Source: Bacteroidia bacterium (GTDB lineage: Bacteria; Bacteroidota; Bacteroidia; Palsa-965). From it: a stretch of 64,000 nt of DNA. Under the pieces are notes generated by a model. The model ran no database searches. It saw nothing but the letters and a program-made list of their open reading frames with translations, and had not been told where the DNA came from. A program made the translations under genes and the position numbers. The stretch spans positions 46,570 to 110,569 of the forward strand of contig JALONL010000019.1 in assembly GCA_025454955.1 (NCBI GenBank). Reading direction: 5' to 3'. Positions 1-11,800 of this stretch are shown piece after piece. Numbering within the stretch: position 1 is the first letter of the stretch; every line of letters starts with the position of its first letter.

Positions 1-641
1 GCCACAAATCGTATCGGAGTGGCGGCATCTCTTAGCGGAGATTCTTTTTTGACGGAAAAAGTGTCTGTATCAATTGAATTGGGAACTTTAAAAATGTTAT
101 TATTTGAAGTGTGTCGCTCAATGTTTCGTTTTAAGTAATCAGATACTACAGTAAGTGCACTCGCTTTACTATACGCTTTTCTGGCGTAACCCGCTGATAA
201 GTTTTTCGACATGAATTTGTCAATTTTCGACCAGTGCTCGGTAATAACATGAGGTAATTTTAGCTTTTGCGAAATTGAATGCCCGATAATTCCGGCAGGG
301 GCTATAATTGATGAATGGATAATGGTAGGTTTGAACCAGGCAGTTTTTTTGATTATTATTCGTCTGTACACCAATCTCATCAATGGCATAAGCGAATAGA
401 TGACTTTATGGAAACGGGAGCTGATGGTAAGTGTTAATACCTCAAGATCAGATTCATCTTTTGAATAATTCCAGTTCGAAGACAAAATGGTTTTTTCATT
501 TTCAACGTGAATATGTACAACCAGTATATCCTGAACCTGTTTCTTTATTGCATGTGCATGATTTCGCACAAAAATCCCTGATCCCTGATTTTTATCGCTG
601 GGATACCAGCAGGTCAGGAATAGTACTCTGGCTTCAGGCAT
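1..641 (-). CDS. glycosyltransferase family 4 protein, N-terminal part (runs off the window's left edge)
   Basis: Not in the ORF track. Read manually from ATG 641: MPEARVLFLTCWYPSDKNQGSGIFVRNHAHAI...IFKVPNSIDTDTF, a typical GT4 N-terminus. The start overlaps the stop of the upstream methyltransferase. Confidence 0.8.
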   Translation of the reverse strand, partial: MPEARVLFLTCWYPSDKNQGSGIFVRNHAHAIKKQVQDILVVHIHVENEKTILSSNWNYSKDESDLEVLTLTISSRFHKVIYSLMPLMRLVYRRIIIKKTAWFKPTIIHSSIIAPAGIIGHSISQKLKLPHVITEHWSKIDKFMSKNLSAGYARKAYSKASALTVVSDYLKRNIERHTSNNNIFKVPNSIDTDTFSVKKESPLRDAATPIRFV

Positions 642-1371
642 TTGATAAATTTAGCTTTCTAATTTCATCTACCGACCAAACCAGCAATGATTTATCCTTG
701 AAAGGAAGTACCTCTTCAGGTAAATACGAATCTGTAAATTCAGGAATGATTTCAATTGGTTTGGGAAAGAAGAACGGCGCAATCTGAAGGTTCAATTTCC
801 GCCAGTGACCGGTAACAATTTTTTCATTATGTAATGCATCAACGAAACTTGTAGTTACCAGATACTTGATATTCGAATTACAAATATTGGCGATTGCCGT
901 GAATACATCTTTTTCTGAAAAATGAACTAAACAGTCTCTGCAAAACAAAACATCCGCATCCGGCAATTTATCAGAAAGTATATTTAGCTTGATAAATTTA
1001 TGAGTATCTGAACCAAACTGCTCAGTGTTTTTTTTGATGATATCGTTTACAATATCGCCGCCAATATATTGACATCCCTTGAAATTGATTTTCTTCATCC
1101 AGTAAAAATCACCACAAGGCGCATCCACAAATACTTTTGGCTCATAGCGTGCTATCAGCTTTTCAACAATGGCGATAAGGTTTTTTGTTTCTGAGTCGCC
1201 TGAACCAAGGCCCGAAACAGATTCTTTCCCCTTCCAGTAATTTTCCTCTGCTATTGTAGTAAATATTTCTTCGTGAGATTTACCTTTCCATCTTATTTGC
1301 CGCTTAAATTTCACATAGCGATTAAGAATTGATTGGGGAATCAATTTGGTAAGAGTGCTTTTTATATTCAT
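634..1371 (-). CDS. class I SAM-dependent methyltransferase
   Basis: ESVSGLGS, VDAPCGDFYWM, YIGGDIV and DVLFCRDCLVH motifs; lies in the polysaccharide locus. Confidence 0.8.
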   Translation of the reverse strand: MNIKSTLTKLIPQSILNRYVKFKRQIRWKGKSHEEIFTTIAEENYWKGKESVSGLGSGDSETKNLIAIVEKLIARYEPKVFVDAPCGDFYWMKKINFKGCQYIGGDIVNDIIKKNTEQFGSDTHKFIKLNILSDKLPDADVLFCRDCLVHFSEKDVFTAIANICNSNIKYLVTTSFVDALHNEKIVTGHWRKLNLQIAPFFFPKPIEIIPEFTDSYLPEEVLPFKDKSLLVWSVDEIRKLNLSNA

Positions 1372-1519
1372 CAGCGAAGTTTTGGGTAAAAATATGAATA
1401 AATACCATTTGGGAAGGGCTAAGTATCCGGGTTTTCAAGATCGATACGGATCCAATATTTTTGTATCTGTAGTTTTTTGTACTTTTACAAATAACTAATT
1501 CTACAGTTTTATCGCAATT

Positions 1520-2449
1520 ATGAATTATCAAATTCGCAGAATCAGTGTATCTGACAGGGATAATTTAATTAAATTGTTCATTAATTCATTTAATTGGAAG
1601 CCTTCACCGGATTATATTAACAGAAAGTATGATACAGCCTTATTAGGCCCTGTTAATACTGGCTTCATAGCATATTCTGATGAAGGGAATCCGGCTGCTT
1701 ATTATGGTGTATTTGCGGTTAAGTTAAATATTGATGGTAATATAATTCAAGCCGCTCAATCGGGAGATACAGTAACGCATACTGAACACAGAGGCAAGGG
1801 ATTGTTTATTGAATTGGCAAAGCATACTTATGCGCTGTGTAAACAAGAAGGCATTGATATTGTCTTTGGCTTCCCAAATAAAAATTCATACCCTGGATTT
1901 ATCAAGAAGCTTAATTGGATACACATTCATGATATTGATGTCTTTTCTATCAAGGTACAAACTTTACCAATAGCCAAATTGGTTAAGAAGTTTCCTTTTT
2001 TTCAAAATTTTTACCTCAACATCATAAAGCTTTTTTTATCAAAAAAAACATTTTATCCTGATTCCTTTAGTTCAGTAATTAATCAAGGTTTATCGGGTGT
2101 CTGTCGTGATGAAAAATATTTGAAATATAGAGAATCTAAGGACAAATTTTTCTTAAATAAATATGCTAAAAGCTGGGTGAAATTCGATGGAGCACTTATT
2201 ATTGGAGATATATTAAATGAAAATACAAAGTCGTTGGAAAGTCATATAAAGTGGTTAAAACGGGTTGCCTTTTTTACAGGATGCAATAAAATTATGTTTT
2301 GTTCGAGCCCGGGTACAATTTTACATAATCAGTTTTCGAAGTATGCCAAAGTAATTAATCAAATGCCTGCCGGCATTATGCCTGTATCTGATGATGTGAA
2401 TGTAACAGATAAAATATTCTTCACTTCTGCCGATTTCGATAATTATTAA
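1520..2449 (+). CDS. GNAT family N-acetyltransferase
   Basis: Acetyl-CoA motif A (QSGDTVTHTEHRGKGLF) and FGFPNKNS...FIKKLNW. Confidence 0.8.
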   Translation: MNYQIRRISVSDRDNLIKLFINSFNWKPSPDYINRKYDTALLGPVNTGFIAYSDEGNPAAYYGVFAVKLNIDGNIIQAAQSGDTVTHTEHRGKGLFIELAKHTYALCKQEGIDIVFGFPNKNSYPGFIKKLNWIHIHDIDVFSIKVQTLPIAKLVKKFPFFQNFYLNIIKLFLSKKTFYPDSFSSVINQGLSGVCRDEKYLKYRESKDKFFLNKYAKSWVKFDGALIIGDILNENTKSLESHIKWLKRVAFFTGCNKIMFCSSPGTILHNQFSKYAKVINQMPAGIMPVSDDVNVTDKIFFTSADFDNY

Positions 2450-2453
2450 TTGG

Positions 2454-3455
2454 TCAAAATGATTTTTTTCCAGATTGAATAATCATATTTATAAAATTCA
2501 CTTCTGCGTTGGTGGTGTTACTTATTCCTATGCGTTGAAATAAATTACTATGCATAGCTTCCCCGTTATTCTTAAATGTAACTGCAAAAAAGAAATTATA
2601 CCCAAGAGCTTTGCCTGTTTTAATAGTATTTGAATTATATTCACCATAAGGAAAAGCAATCATATCACAACGCCTGGAAGTTAATTTATTAATGCTTTCA
2701 ATTGGCCTTCCCAATTCTTCTGAAAGTTGAGATTCGTTTAAATCTATATTTAGATTAATATGAGAATGCGTGTGCGACTGAAATGAGAAAATTGACTTGG
2801 AGATATGCTTTTTGAGGGTTTCTTCATTTACCAATACAGCCCTTTTAGAATAAATCGAATCCGATCTGTAAAATTCAATATCAAACTGTTTTTGCAGTTG
2901 CTGGTCAATTTGCGCCATTCGGTCAGAGTTTCTGATAATATAGTCGTAAATTAACTCGTTGTTTTCAGATAATCTATAGTTGTTTTTACGATAAAACGAT
3001 TTGTTATCAATGATTATCTCGGGAGGATTCTCATTGTCAATTATGCAGTCTATGAAATCAATGGGTAAAATTGTGCGATCAGTAGTAAGTGATTTGGTTA
3101 TGATAAAAAACGTGGCAGGAATAGAGATATTTTCTAATATAGGAATTGCTTCATTGAAGTTGTTTAAATAACCATCGTCAAAGGTTATTGCAATTTGTGG
3201 TTTATTGCTATGACTTTCTTTTACTATCTTTTCTAAAGAAACTATCTCAAAATGTTTATTTAACAGAGATAATATTTTTTTAAATTCTTTGGTGCTGATA
3301 TTTCGGACACTGTTTCCCGGATCTTCCGTCACTCCATGAAACATGATAATGATTCTCTTTCCTTTCCCGGGTAAAAAGAACTTATATATTCCGCTTCGGA
3401 TAATTGCCGGAGCAATTACAGATCTTTTGAGCTTATTATATAGATTCTTAATCAT
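2454..3455 (-). CDS. polysaccharide deacetylase (CE4/NodB)
   Basis: ITFDDGY, ATFFI, SHTHSH and AFPYG motifs. Confidence 0.85.
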   Translation of the reverse strand: MIKNLYNKLKRSVIAPAIIRSGIYKFFLPGKGKRIIIMFHGVTEDPGNSVRNISTKEFKKILSLLNKHFEIVSLEKIVKESHSNKPQIAITFDDGYLNNFNEAIPILENISIPATFFIITKSLTTDRTILPIDFIDCIIDNENPPEIIIDNKSFYRKNNYRLSENNELIYDYIIRNSDRMAQIDQQLQKQFDIEFYRSDSIYSKRAVLVNEETLKKHISKSIFSFQSHTHSHINLNIDLNESQLSEELGRPIESINKLTSRRCDMIAFPYGEYNSNTIKTGKALGYNFFFAVTFKNNGEAMHSNLFQRIGISNTTNAEVNFINMIIQSGKKSF

Positions 3456-4927
3456 CTAATTTTTTTTAGAAATTTGATTAGTTGATTCGTCTCTGAAACT
3501 GGATTAATATACAAAATTCCGATTCCAAATATGATCAAATACACCAACGCCTTTACGATAATTGATATTATTATGTTGGCCGATTCAAGCGGAAGCAGCT
3601 CACAGCCCAATATTGATAGTATTGATAATAGTAATAATTTAATACTATTCAGATTAAATGGTTGCATTTTGTATCTATATAATATATATATAAATTTCAT
3701 GAGATTAAATATGATTATTGAAACTGCTGTCGCTATGGCTGCACCATTAATTCCCCAAAATGGAATAAGAAACCAGTTTAATACTATAGAGCAAACTAAA
3801 AGAAAAAATAAGAAAAGTGTTCCAACAATATATTTATTTGACATTGCTATTAATGATCCATTCATCCCTGTTGAAAGATTAACTAATGATGCAATGGCTA
3901 AAACCTGCAGGGGGAACAGCCCGACTTTATACTCTTCCGGTAAAAAGAAAAATATATTTTCTCTTTGTGTCCATAAAAGTCCAAAAATAAGTAGTCCAAT
4001 AGGTACAAGATACTTAACAGAGTTGAAATAGATTTTTTTTACAATATCTAAATCATTCTTCTCCCAGGCATCTGCCATTTTAGCATTTGAGATTCTCTCC
4101 ATACTGTTGAATGGTGCCTCCAAAATTGATATCATATATACACAAACGCTATAGATACCCACATAGCTCAGGTCTAAATAGTGGCCAATAATGAGTTGGT
4201 CAATCAGCTTTATTCCAAGCGAAGCTACTGCGGTAACTATCATTATTGTTCCATAAGTAAGCATTTTTTTCCAGTTTAAATTTCGATATGTCTGCCACTC
4301 GATTTTAAAACTTATAGCTTTTTTTATGGAGAGAAAATATAATAGTATTAGTAATTGAAGACAATAGATTCCAATAAATGAGTATATTAAAGTGTCAATC
4401 AGGATAATGTCATAATGATACAATATAACAATAGCAATATTTCCAAGTCTGATAAATACTTCGCTTAATAAGAAGGTGATACTTGAATAATATAATGATG
4501 ATGAGTAAATTGAGTAGATTGCTATTAATGACAGGATAAAAGCAAATAGTGAAACTAAGTCAATGTAATTAATGAATTTTGCCGATTTGTTTATGTAGAA
4601 TTCTATTAATGTACTTCGACTCATTAATAGAAGACCTCCAAAAATTATAAAACCAGCAATGCTAAACAAAAGCATCATTGTAAAGTGCCCATTATGTCGA
4701 TTTTCTTCATTTTTAAACTTTGGAAAAAATCGCATTGTAATGCTGCCAATGCCCAATGGCATAAGCATTGCTATTATTGAACTTGCTGATAACAGTAATC
4801 TTAAAACACCTATTTCATCGCTTTGTAAGAAATTTGGTTGAATGATAATAATGTTAACAAAACCAATAACCAGACCGATATATGAGTAAATGAATGAGTA
4901 GATACTTTGTTTTTTTATATGCCCCAT
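3452..4927 (-). CDS. wzx: oligosaccharide flippase (Wzx/MOP superfamily)
   Basis: Many hydrophobic segments; DQLIIGHYL..VGIY and LIPFWGINGAAIAT. Start placed at MGHIKKQS (ATG 4927, overlapping the upstream TAA). Confidence 0.8.
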   Translation of the reverse strand: MGHIKKQSIYSFIYSYIGLVIGFVNIIIIQPNFLQSDEIGVLRLLLSASSIIAMLMPLGIGSITMRFFPKFKNEENRHNGHFTMMLLFSIAGFIIFGGLLLMSRSTLIEFYINKSAKFINYIDLVSLFAFILSLIAIYSIYSSSLYYSSITFLLSEVFIRLGNIAIVILYHYDIILIDTLIYSFIGIYCLQLLILLYFLSIKKAISFKIEWQTYRNLNWKKMLTYGTIMIVTAVASLGIKLIDQLIIGHYLDLSYVGIYSVCVYMISILEAPFNSMERISNAKMADAWEKNDLDIVKKIYFNSVKYLVPIGLLIFGLLWTQRENIFFFLPEEYKVGLFPLQVLAIASLVNLSTGMNGSLIAMSNKYIVGTLFLFFLLVCSIVLNWFLIPFWGINGAAIATAVSIIIFNLMKFIYILYRYKMQPFNLNSIKLLLLSILSILGCELLPLESANIIISIIVKALVYLIIFGIGILYINPVSETNQLIKFLKKIR

Positions 4928-7209
4928 TACCGGATTACATTTACATGTCTGATTATTGATTTTCCTGTTAAGAGTTTTATTTGACAAACGTAAGTCCCAT
5001 TCTCAACAATTTTTCCTGCATATCTTCCATCCCAACATTCGTATTTAATATTATTGGTACTGAAAATAAGTTCCCCCCATCTGTTATATATTTCAAACGT
5101 GCCGGTTAAACATTCAGAATCAGAATAAATACAAAAAAGATCATTCAAGCCATCGTTATTGGGAGTAAACGAATTAGGGATGTAAAATGGCGGACTATTT
5201 CCATCATAATCAATATTAATTGTATAGGAACTGGTATCTGCACAACTTGAATTATAGCCATTAATAAATGTTACCTGATATGAACCCGGTTGTGAATAGA
5301 CATGAGTTGGTGTATTTGCATAACTCAAATTGCCATCTCCAAAGTCCCATAGAGGGTTAATAATAGAAGATGAATCGGGAATAAACAGAATCAGACCGGT
5401 ACAGTTATCCTGGGCTAATTGAAATTCTGACGAGACATCGCTTATCGAGTATATTACTGAATTTGCTGTATCAGCAGAGCATACCGAGTTGGCGATTACA
5501 GAGATTAAAGTTGAATCAGAGACATTACTAATTAATATTGTAGAGTCATTTATATTTTGGTAAGGAGAGGTCAAACTCCATTGATAATTAGCAAAGCCAC
5601 CCGTTGCTGTAAGGATTGTACTGTCACTTTCACAAAGGTGTGTAACTCCATTAACTGAAAGAGACATGGCCGGAAAAACATCAATCATTATATAGGCAGT
5701 GTCTGAACTACAAATAGAGTTACCCACAACTGTATAAAGTGTACTTGCTGAAGGTGAAAGAACCGCCATATCTCCATTTGCACTTTGTGAAACTGGCGGT
5801 GTTAACCAGGTATAGGTATCCATCCCGGTAAGGTTAATTGTTGTATAAGTCCCGGGACAAATTGTATCTGGCTGATTATATTGTATTTGATTTGTCCCGG
5901 TCAATATGACTGATATATTTATCGTATCGCTGTATGTGCCACATGTATTGGAAATGGTAAGCCAATATGTTCCTGCTGAATTGATTGATACTGATGGTTG
6001 ACCGGGCAGGTTGTTGGACCAATTGTATGTGCTGTTGCATACAGATGGTCCGCTTATCTGAACTGGTGTATTACAAATAATGCTTGTATCGTTTCCAAGA
6101 GAAAATGAAAATAACGTCTCTTCATCAATCAGGTAAGGAACAAAATTAATTAAACCCAGTTGGGAGGTTGTACCTGAAGGCAGAGATACTCCGGGACTTG
6201 AATACATTGCCCCCGGACCTACTATATTGGGAGAGTTAATTACATCTATGAATGCTTGATTTGTTCTGGCCATGTATATCTTGCCATCGGGCCCAAGTTG
6301 TAATCCTCCAAAGCTATAGTTGCCCGGTGTAGTGGCTAATTGCGTGATTTGACCTGAAACCAGGTCATATTGAATAAGTTTACTGGTTATCCAAAATGTT
6401 GAAAGATATAGTATCTGGTCATTGGGAGAAAACTCGATGCCATAATACCAATCAGAAGATAGAACGGGTATAAGATCAATGAAGTTGGTTATTTGTCCAT
6501 TAGCAGTATTTATATCAAACATCTCTAACAGAGAACAGAACGAATTTGCGACAACCAGCTTATTCGTTGTTTTCGACGCTTTCATATAACCAATCAGGCA
6601 ATTAGAAGCGTGAAACGAGCCAATGTTGGAAATAACCGGAGCCGCAACTCCCGTGGCTGTTACCAGATATGAATGAAATGCTGTAGAGTTTAATTGATGA
6701 GTTATTACCCAAATGTCGATGCCGTTTGCATGTTTTACTGCCGTCATCTTTTCAGAACAAGATTGAGTAAGCAGAACATTCTTTGATGATGGTATAACGT
6801 CGCCTAATCCATTATTTAAGCATAAATCAACTTCGGTATAGTATAAATCGTTTGCAACCTGATGATCGCCGGAGTGAAATATATAATATCTGTTACAATT
6901 ACCGGGTTTCGGTACAATAAGACACTGGGTGGTAGAGTTTCCGGCTATTAACCCGCTGCCATTAGGCATTACATTGTTATTTCGATCCCAAACATCAACC
7001 CCGTTTGTATAGAATAATAAACTGCCCTGATTATCACAAATAGTTGCGGCAGGTTCAAATGTATTCATAGGGCCGGCAGGTAATGTTGATACAGGACTTG
7101 AGTTAAAATCCAGACCTGCTCCGTTACCAAATCGCCAGATATTTGTTAGTTGACCAAATGCCGGGTTGGTAAAAAGCACAAGGCAAAAAACGAAATATAA
7201 TGTTTTCAT
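4927..7209 (-). CDS. T9SS type-B (gliding motility-associated C-terminal domain) surface protein with beta-propeller-like N-terminus and PKD domain
   Basis: Signal peptide, WRFGNGAGLDFN, PKD motif WDFGDG...HVYSQPG, and CTD YIPNSFTPNNDGLND...IYNRWG...WDG...VNVIR. Confidence 0.85.
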   Translation of the reverse strand: MKTLYFVFCLVLFTNPAFGQLTNIWRFGNGAGLDFNSSPVSTLPAGPMNTFEPAATICDNQGSLLFYTNGVDVWDRNNNVMPNGSGLIAGNSTTQCLIVPKPGNCNRYYIFHSGDHQVANDLYYTEVDLCLNNGLGDVIPSSKNVLLTQSCSEKMTAVKHANGIDIWVITHQLNSTAFHSYLVTATGVAAPVISNIGSFHASNCLIGYMKASKTTNKLVVANSFCSLLEMFDINTANGQITNFIDLIPVLSSDWYYGIEFSPNDQILYLSTFWITSKLIQYDLVSGQITQLATTPGNYSFGGLQLGPDGKIYMARTNQAFIDVINSPNIVGPGAMYSSPGVSLPSGTTSQLGLINFVPYLIDEETLFSFSLGNDTSIICNTPVQISGPSVCNSTYNWSNNLPGQPSVSINSAGTYWLTISNTCGTYSDTINISVILTGTNQIQYNQPDTICPGTYTTINLTGMDTYTWLTPPVSQSANGDMAVLSPSASTLYTVVGNSICSSDTAYIMIDVFPAMSLSVNGVTHLCESDSTILTATGGFANYQWSLTSPYQNINDSTILISNVSDSTLISVIANSVCSADTANSVIYSISDVSSEFQLAQDNCTGLILFIPDSSSIINPLWDFGDGNLSYANTPTHVYSQPGSYQVTFINGYNSSCADTSSYTINIDYDGNSPPFYIPNSFTPNNDGLNDLFCIYSDSECLTGTFEIYNRWGELIFSTNNIKYECWDGRYAGKIVENGTYVCQIKLLTGKSIIRHVNVIR

Positions 7210-7493
7210 ATTTCTATTTAGCAAAATTAGTGAATTGCGGGTTGTCAGACAATTATTTAGGGTTGTTTATACTCATTAATTCCTGATTTAGACTTATTTG
7301 TAAAATAGTCAATCAGCTTAAAAGTATTGTGAGGATATTGTTCATTATTGAAAATTCGCGTTTATGTCAGGTGTTTAACAATAACACAACCACGAGTTTG
7401 ATTCAGAAAGGTGAGAAAACGGGCAGAGCATTTGATGAGGTTAGTTAAGTCCTCAAAATTACAAAATTCTCCAATTCTTTTACCTTTGCCCTC

Positions 7494-8819
7494 GTGTCTA
7501 TACCCCCGAAAAAAGTACTCGTAATTACCTACTACTGGCCCCCCGCCGGTGGTGCCGGTGTACAACGCTGGCTGAAGTTTGTAAAGTACTTCCGCGATTT
7601 TGGCTGGGAACCTATAGTATATACGCCCGAAAACCCCGAAATGCCCGCCCGCGACGAATCGCTGCTGGCCGATGTGCCTGCGGGTATTCAGATGCTTAAA
7701 ACGCCCATCTGGGAGCCTTACGATGCCTACAAAAAATGGGTGGGCCGCAAAAAAGAAGAGGGCATAGGCGCTGGTTTTGTTTCCGACAAAAAGCAGCCCG
7801 GTAAGGCCGAAAGCCTTGCCGTGTGGGTGAGAGGCAATTTCTTTATTCCCGATGCGCGCCGGTTCTGGATCAGGCCTTCGGTGAAATTTCTTGCACATTG
7901 GCTCAGTCAGAATAAAGTGGATGCCATAGTTTCTACCGGACCGCCACACAGTATGCACCTCATTGCGCTCGGACTGAAAAAGAAAATGCCGCACCTGAAA
8001 TGGGTGGCCGATTTCCGTGACCCCTGGACCAATATTGATTTCTACGAAGAACTCAAACTCTCGTCGTGGGCCGATGCCAAACATCGCCGCCTCGAACGTA
8101 AAGTGCTCCAAACAGCCAATGCGGTGGTGAGTGTGGGCAAAACCATGAGCGATGAGTTTGGCGAAATTCTCGCGCAGGCAAATTCCTCAAACCGCCTCGA
8201 AGTAATTCCAAACGGCTACGACCCCGATGCGGTTGATGAAGCAGCATGTACGCCCGATGCAAAGTTTTCCATAGCTCACATCGGCACACTCAACCGCTCG
8301 CGCAATCCGCACGAACTCTGGAATGTGCTTTCGGCACTGGTAAAAGAAAATGCAGCCTTTGCCGCCGACCTCGAAATAAAACTCGTGGGCAAGGTTGATT
8401 TTCAGGTAATGGAAGCCATTGAGCAGGCGGGCCTCGCAAAATATCTTCGCAAAATTGATTACGTGCCGCTCAGCGAAGTGGGACGCGTACAGAAAGAAAG
8501 CCGTGTATTACTGCTGCTCATTAACCGCACCAAAAACGCCAAAGGAATTATCACCGGAAAATTTTTCGAATACATGGCTGCCGGAAACCCCGTGCTTGCC
8601 ATTGGCCCCGAAGATGGCGATGCCGCAGCCATTATGGCCGAAACACAATGCGGTTTTATCTCCGGCTTCGACCAAACCGAAAACCTTACGCAGTATATTC
8701 TTCAGCTTTATCAGCAATACAAATCGGGATACACACCACACGAAATTTCGCCATTGGTGAAGCAGTACTCCCGCCGCGAACTCACCGGGAAAATGGCACG
8801 GCTGCTTGAATCTCTGTAA
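7494..8819 (+). CDS. glycosyltransferase family 4 protein
   Basis: YYWPPAGGAGVQRWLKF, STGPPHS, ADFRDPW and GKFFEY motifs; TACCTTTG -7 box at 7481-7488. Confidence 0.88.
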   Translation: MSIPPKKVLVITYYWPPAGGAGVQRWLKFVKYFRDFGWEPIVYTPENPEMPARDESLLADVPAGIQMLKTPIWEPYDAYKKWVGRKKEEGIGAGFVSDKKQPGKAESLAVWVRGNFFIPDARRFWIRPSVKFLAHWLSQNKVDAIVSTGPPHSMHLIALGLKKKMPHLKWVADFRDPWTNIDFYEELKLSSWADAKHRRLERKVLQTANAVVSVGKTMSDEFGEILAQANSSNRLEVIPNGYDPDAVDEAACTPDAKFSIAHIGTLNRSRNPHELWNVLSALVKENAAFAADLEIKLVGKVDFQVMEAIEQAGLAKYLRKIDYVPLSEVGRVQKESRVLLLLINRTKNAKGIITGKFFEYMAAGNPVLAIGPEDGDAAAIMAETQCGFISGFDQTENLTQYILQLYQQYKSGYTPHEISPLVKQYSRRELTGKMARLLESL

Positions 8820-8822
8820 TAG

Positions 8823-8862
8823 AAAAGAGACCATTGTTTTTGAAGCAATGGTCTCTTTTTTT
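8823..8862. terminator. bidirectional intrinsic terminator
   Basis: AAAAGAGACCATTG / CAATGGTCTCTTTT inverted repeat between convergent genes. Confidence 0.8.
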
Positions 8863-8872
8863 ACCGAAACTT

Positions 8873-11800
8873 TTAAAACGCCCGGCTCACACCCACCACC
8901 CAGCGCAGTTGCACATAATCGGGCGAAATAAAAGGTGTGCGGTTGATGAAGAGCGGAAAGTCGATGCGCAGCGTTAACGGCTTCACTATTTGCAGCGGCG
9001 GGAAACGCTTTACGGTGAGTGCAAAGCCCACACCGGCATCGGCGCGGAAGTCTGACATGGCCAGCGGTTCGTCGCCATTGTTAAAGTTAATGGCGCCCAC
9101 ATCGCCGAAGAGATAGCTTTGCATGCCCACCACACTGCGCACACGCGGCATGGCACGGCCTATAAAGCCAAAGAGTTCGTGAAACTCAAGTTCCATGTTA
9201 AACGCCGCGCCCGTAGTGCCTCTATACACCCTGCGCAAATCGCCGTACCAGTCGAACTGCGGCACCACATAGCCCGCATAGCCCCTCAGGCCAAGTCCGC
9301 CGCCTGCATGGAAATGATTAATGTCGTCGCCAAACTCGGCCCAGGTTACCGGGAAAAAGCCCATCGAGCGGGTGTATTTGTTTTCCATCAACTGCTCCGG
9401 ATTGGCTCCGGCCAGATACAGCATCGATTCTTTGGCCCAGTTTAGGCCTGTTCCCGCCTGTGCAAACAAACGTGTGTTGATGTTGATCTTACCCAGATCG
9501 TTTTTATTCACCACATTCAGTTGCGCGTACTGATAATCGTAATCGCTGCCGAGCGCAGTGGAACGGAGATTGAACTGAATAAGCCCCGTACCGCGTTTGT
9601 AATTGTACGGATGCTCGTAGCCGAGGTTGATGGAATTATTGAAACGGTCGGGCGTCCACTCGTTGCGATACACAAGATAGTTGAGGTCCGACGAATCGGC
9701 CCGGTGCATCATTTTAAACGATACCGTGAGTTTGTGTTTCAGGTTGCGGCTCTGAAATTCAAGTCCGGTGTTTACCAGATTCAACCCGTCGAGGTGGCGG
9801 CCGGTGAAGAAGAACGACGCATTCTTCACCATTTTCGGCAACGGTGTGCGGTAATTCAATTGCACCGAAAACTGATCGTAGAGATTAAACTCGGCTCCTT
9901 CGGGCAACTGGCTCTGGCCAATGCCGGTGTTGTAATGAAACAGGAGATCGAAAATGTGTTTGGTATTCAGGTAATCGCCGCCGAGGTAGAAACCGGCTTT
10001 CACACCGTCGTAACCATTGTACCACACATCGGGCCGCGCACGCAGTGCGTAATTGAGACGCGAAGGCTGGTTGTATATTTTCGAGTCGAAACGAAAATCA
10101 ACCGGCAGCTTCGAACTGTTGTTGAGCATGTTTACATCGGCCATACGGTGCGTGGTGTCGATAAACACTTCGGCTATGCCCGAGGGAATTACCACTTCCG
10201 CATCGTAGGTTTTCTGAATATTGTCCCAGCCAATCCAGCGCGGAAGCACGGTGGCGGTGGTTTGCTTTACAAACCAGGTGTTGGGAATGTGGTAATTGTA
10301 TTCTTTGCCTTCGTTCGAGCGCACGGTAAAGTCGAGCGGCATTTGCATACCGTGGCGTCTGAAGGTGATAATGTAAGTGCTGGCCGAGTCGCCGCGTTTT
10401 ATTTTGTCCACACCATAATCAATGGTTTTCGACGTGTTCAGCCACTGGTCGAAAAACCAGTTCAGGTCAACGTGGGTGTATTGAATAACCGAGTTGCGGA
10501 AATCTTCCACGTAAGGATGCGCAAACTTCCACTGATTGAAGTAATGCTGCATGGCTTTGAGAAAAAGTTCATCGCCCAGCACATACTGCAGGTTGTAGAG
10601 CATGGTGGCCGTTTTCATATACACCTGCCGGTAGCCGCCGCCGTGGCGCAACGCGCCGCCGAAATGATCGGAGTGGGTTTCGAGCACGGCTTCTTCGCCA
10701 CGCACGGCATCAATGGTGTAGGGCAGCATACACTCGCTTTCCATCACCATGTCGGGCTCGCGGAAACGTTCGGCGTATTTCGAGCGGTAGGGATATTGCA
10801 GGCGCACATCGCCTTTTATTTTGCGGTACGACCAGGCCGTGAGAAACTGCGTAAAGCCTTCGTCGAGCATGGCGCGGTACGTTTCGTTGCTGCCCACCAT
10901 ACCGAAAAACCAGTTGTGGCCTATTTCGTGCGCAATAAGGTCGTAGTAATCGGGAGCGCGGCCGCCGTCGAGTGTAAGCATGGGGTATTCCATGCCGTCG
11001 CGCGCATCGGCCACAATCATTTTCGGGTAGGCATACATGCCAAAATCGGTCGAATACACTTCAATTACTTTGGCCGTAAACGCCGCCGCATCCTGCCAGC
11101 CCGAGCAATGCTGTTCCTGCGCCAGTGCAATGCAGCGTATGCCGTTCCATTTCACTTCGCCAATGCGGTAGGAGGGATCGGCAGTCCAGGCAAAGTCGTG
11201 TACATTTTCGGCATGAAACTTCCATGTTTTGCTGCTGCCGTCGCTGGCAATTACGGTGCTGGGCTGCGTGCCCCAGGGCTTTTTGGCGAAGTTGGAAATG
11301 TCTAATTTCTGGCGAAGCTCGGCCGGAAGCACTTCGGCTTCGTTCACCAATTCGCCGGTGGCATCCATTACATAATGGTTGGGAAAAGTAAGTTCCACAT
11401 CATACACCCCGAAATCGCCGTAAAATTCGCGGGTAAGATGCTGGTCGGTATCCCAGCCTGCCTTACGGTCATATACCGAAATGCGCGGATACCAGTGTAC
11501 ACCGTCGTAATGCTTGTAGCCAAACTCCTGATACATTTTCATACGCCGGCGAATGGTGCCGCCATTGTCGAAATAGGTTTTGAAATCCAGGGTAAAGCGC
11601 ACCGCAAAACCCGGACGCAGCGGCTTGGGCAGCCACACCTTCATAATGGTATTGTCGAGTTCCACCCGCACATCCTGCCCGTCCACCTTTATATTGCTTA
11701 CAGTAGTACCAAGCCCCTGTTTTTCGTATTTGCCATAACGCACATTGAAATCGTTGTTGCGGTGCAAATCGTCGGTGTACGAGCCCGGCTGAAACGCATT

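Noticed and set aside
431-787. 118-aa + strand ORF
   Set aside because: Overlaps the minus-strand glycosyltransferase and methyltransferase, which have clear motifs.
9521-11305. 594-aa + strand ORF
   Set aside because: Antisense shadow of the M1 peptidase. The same applies to the many shorter ORFs opposite argS, tamB, the FKBP genes and dnaK.
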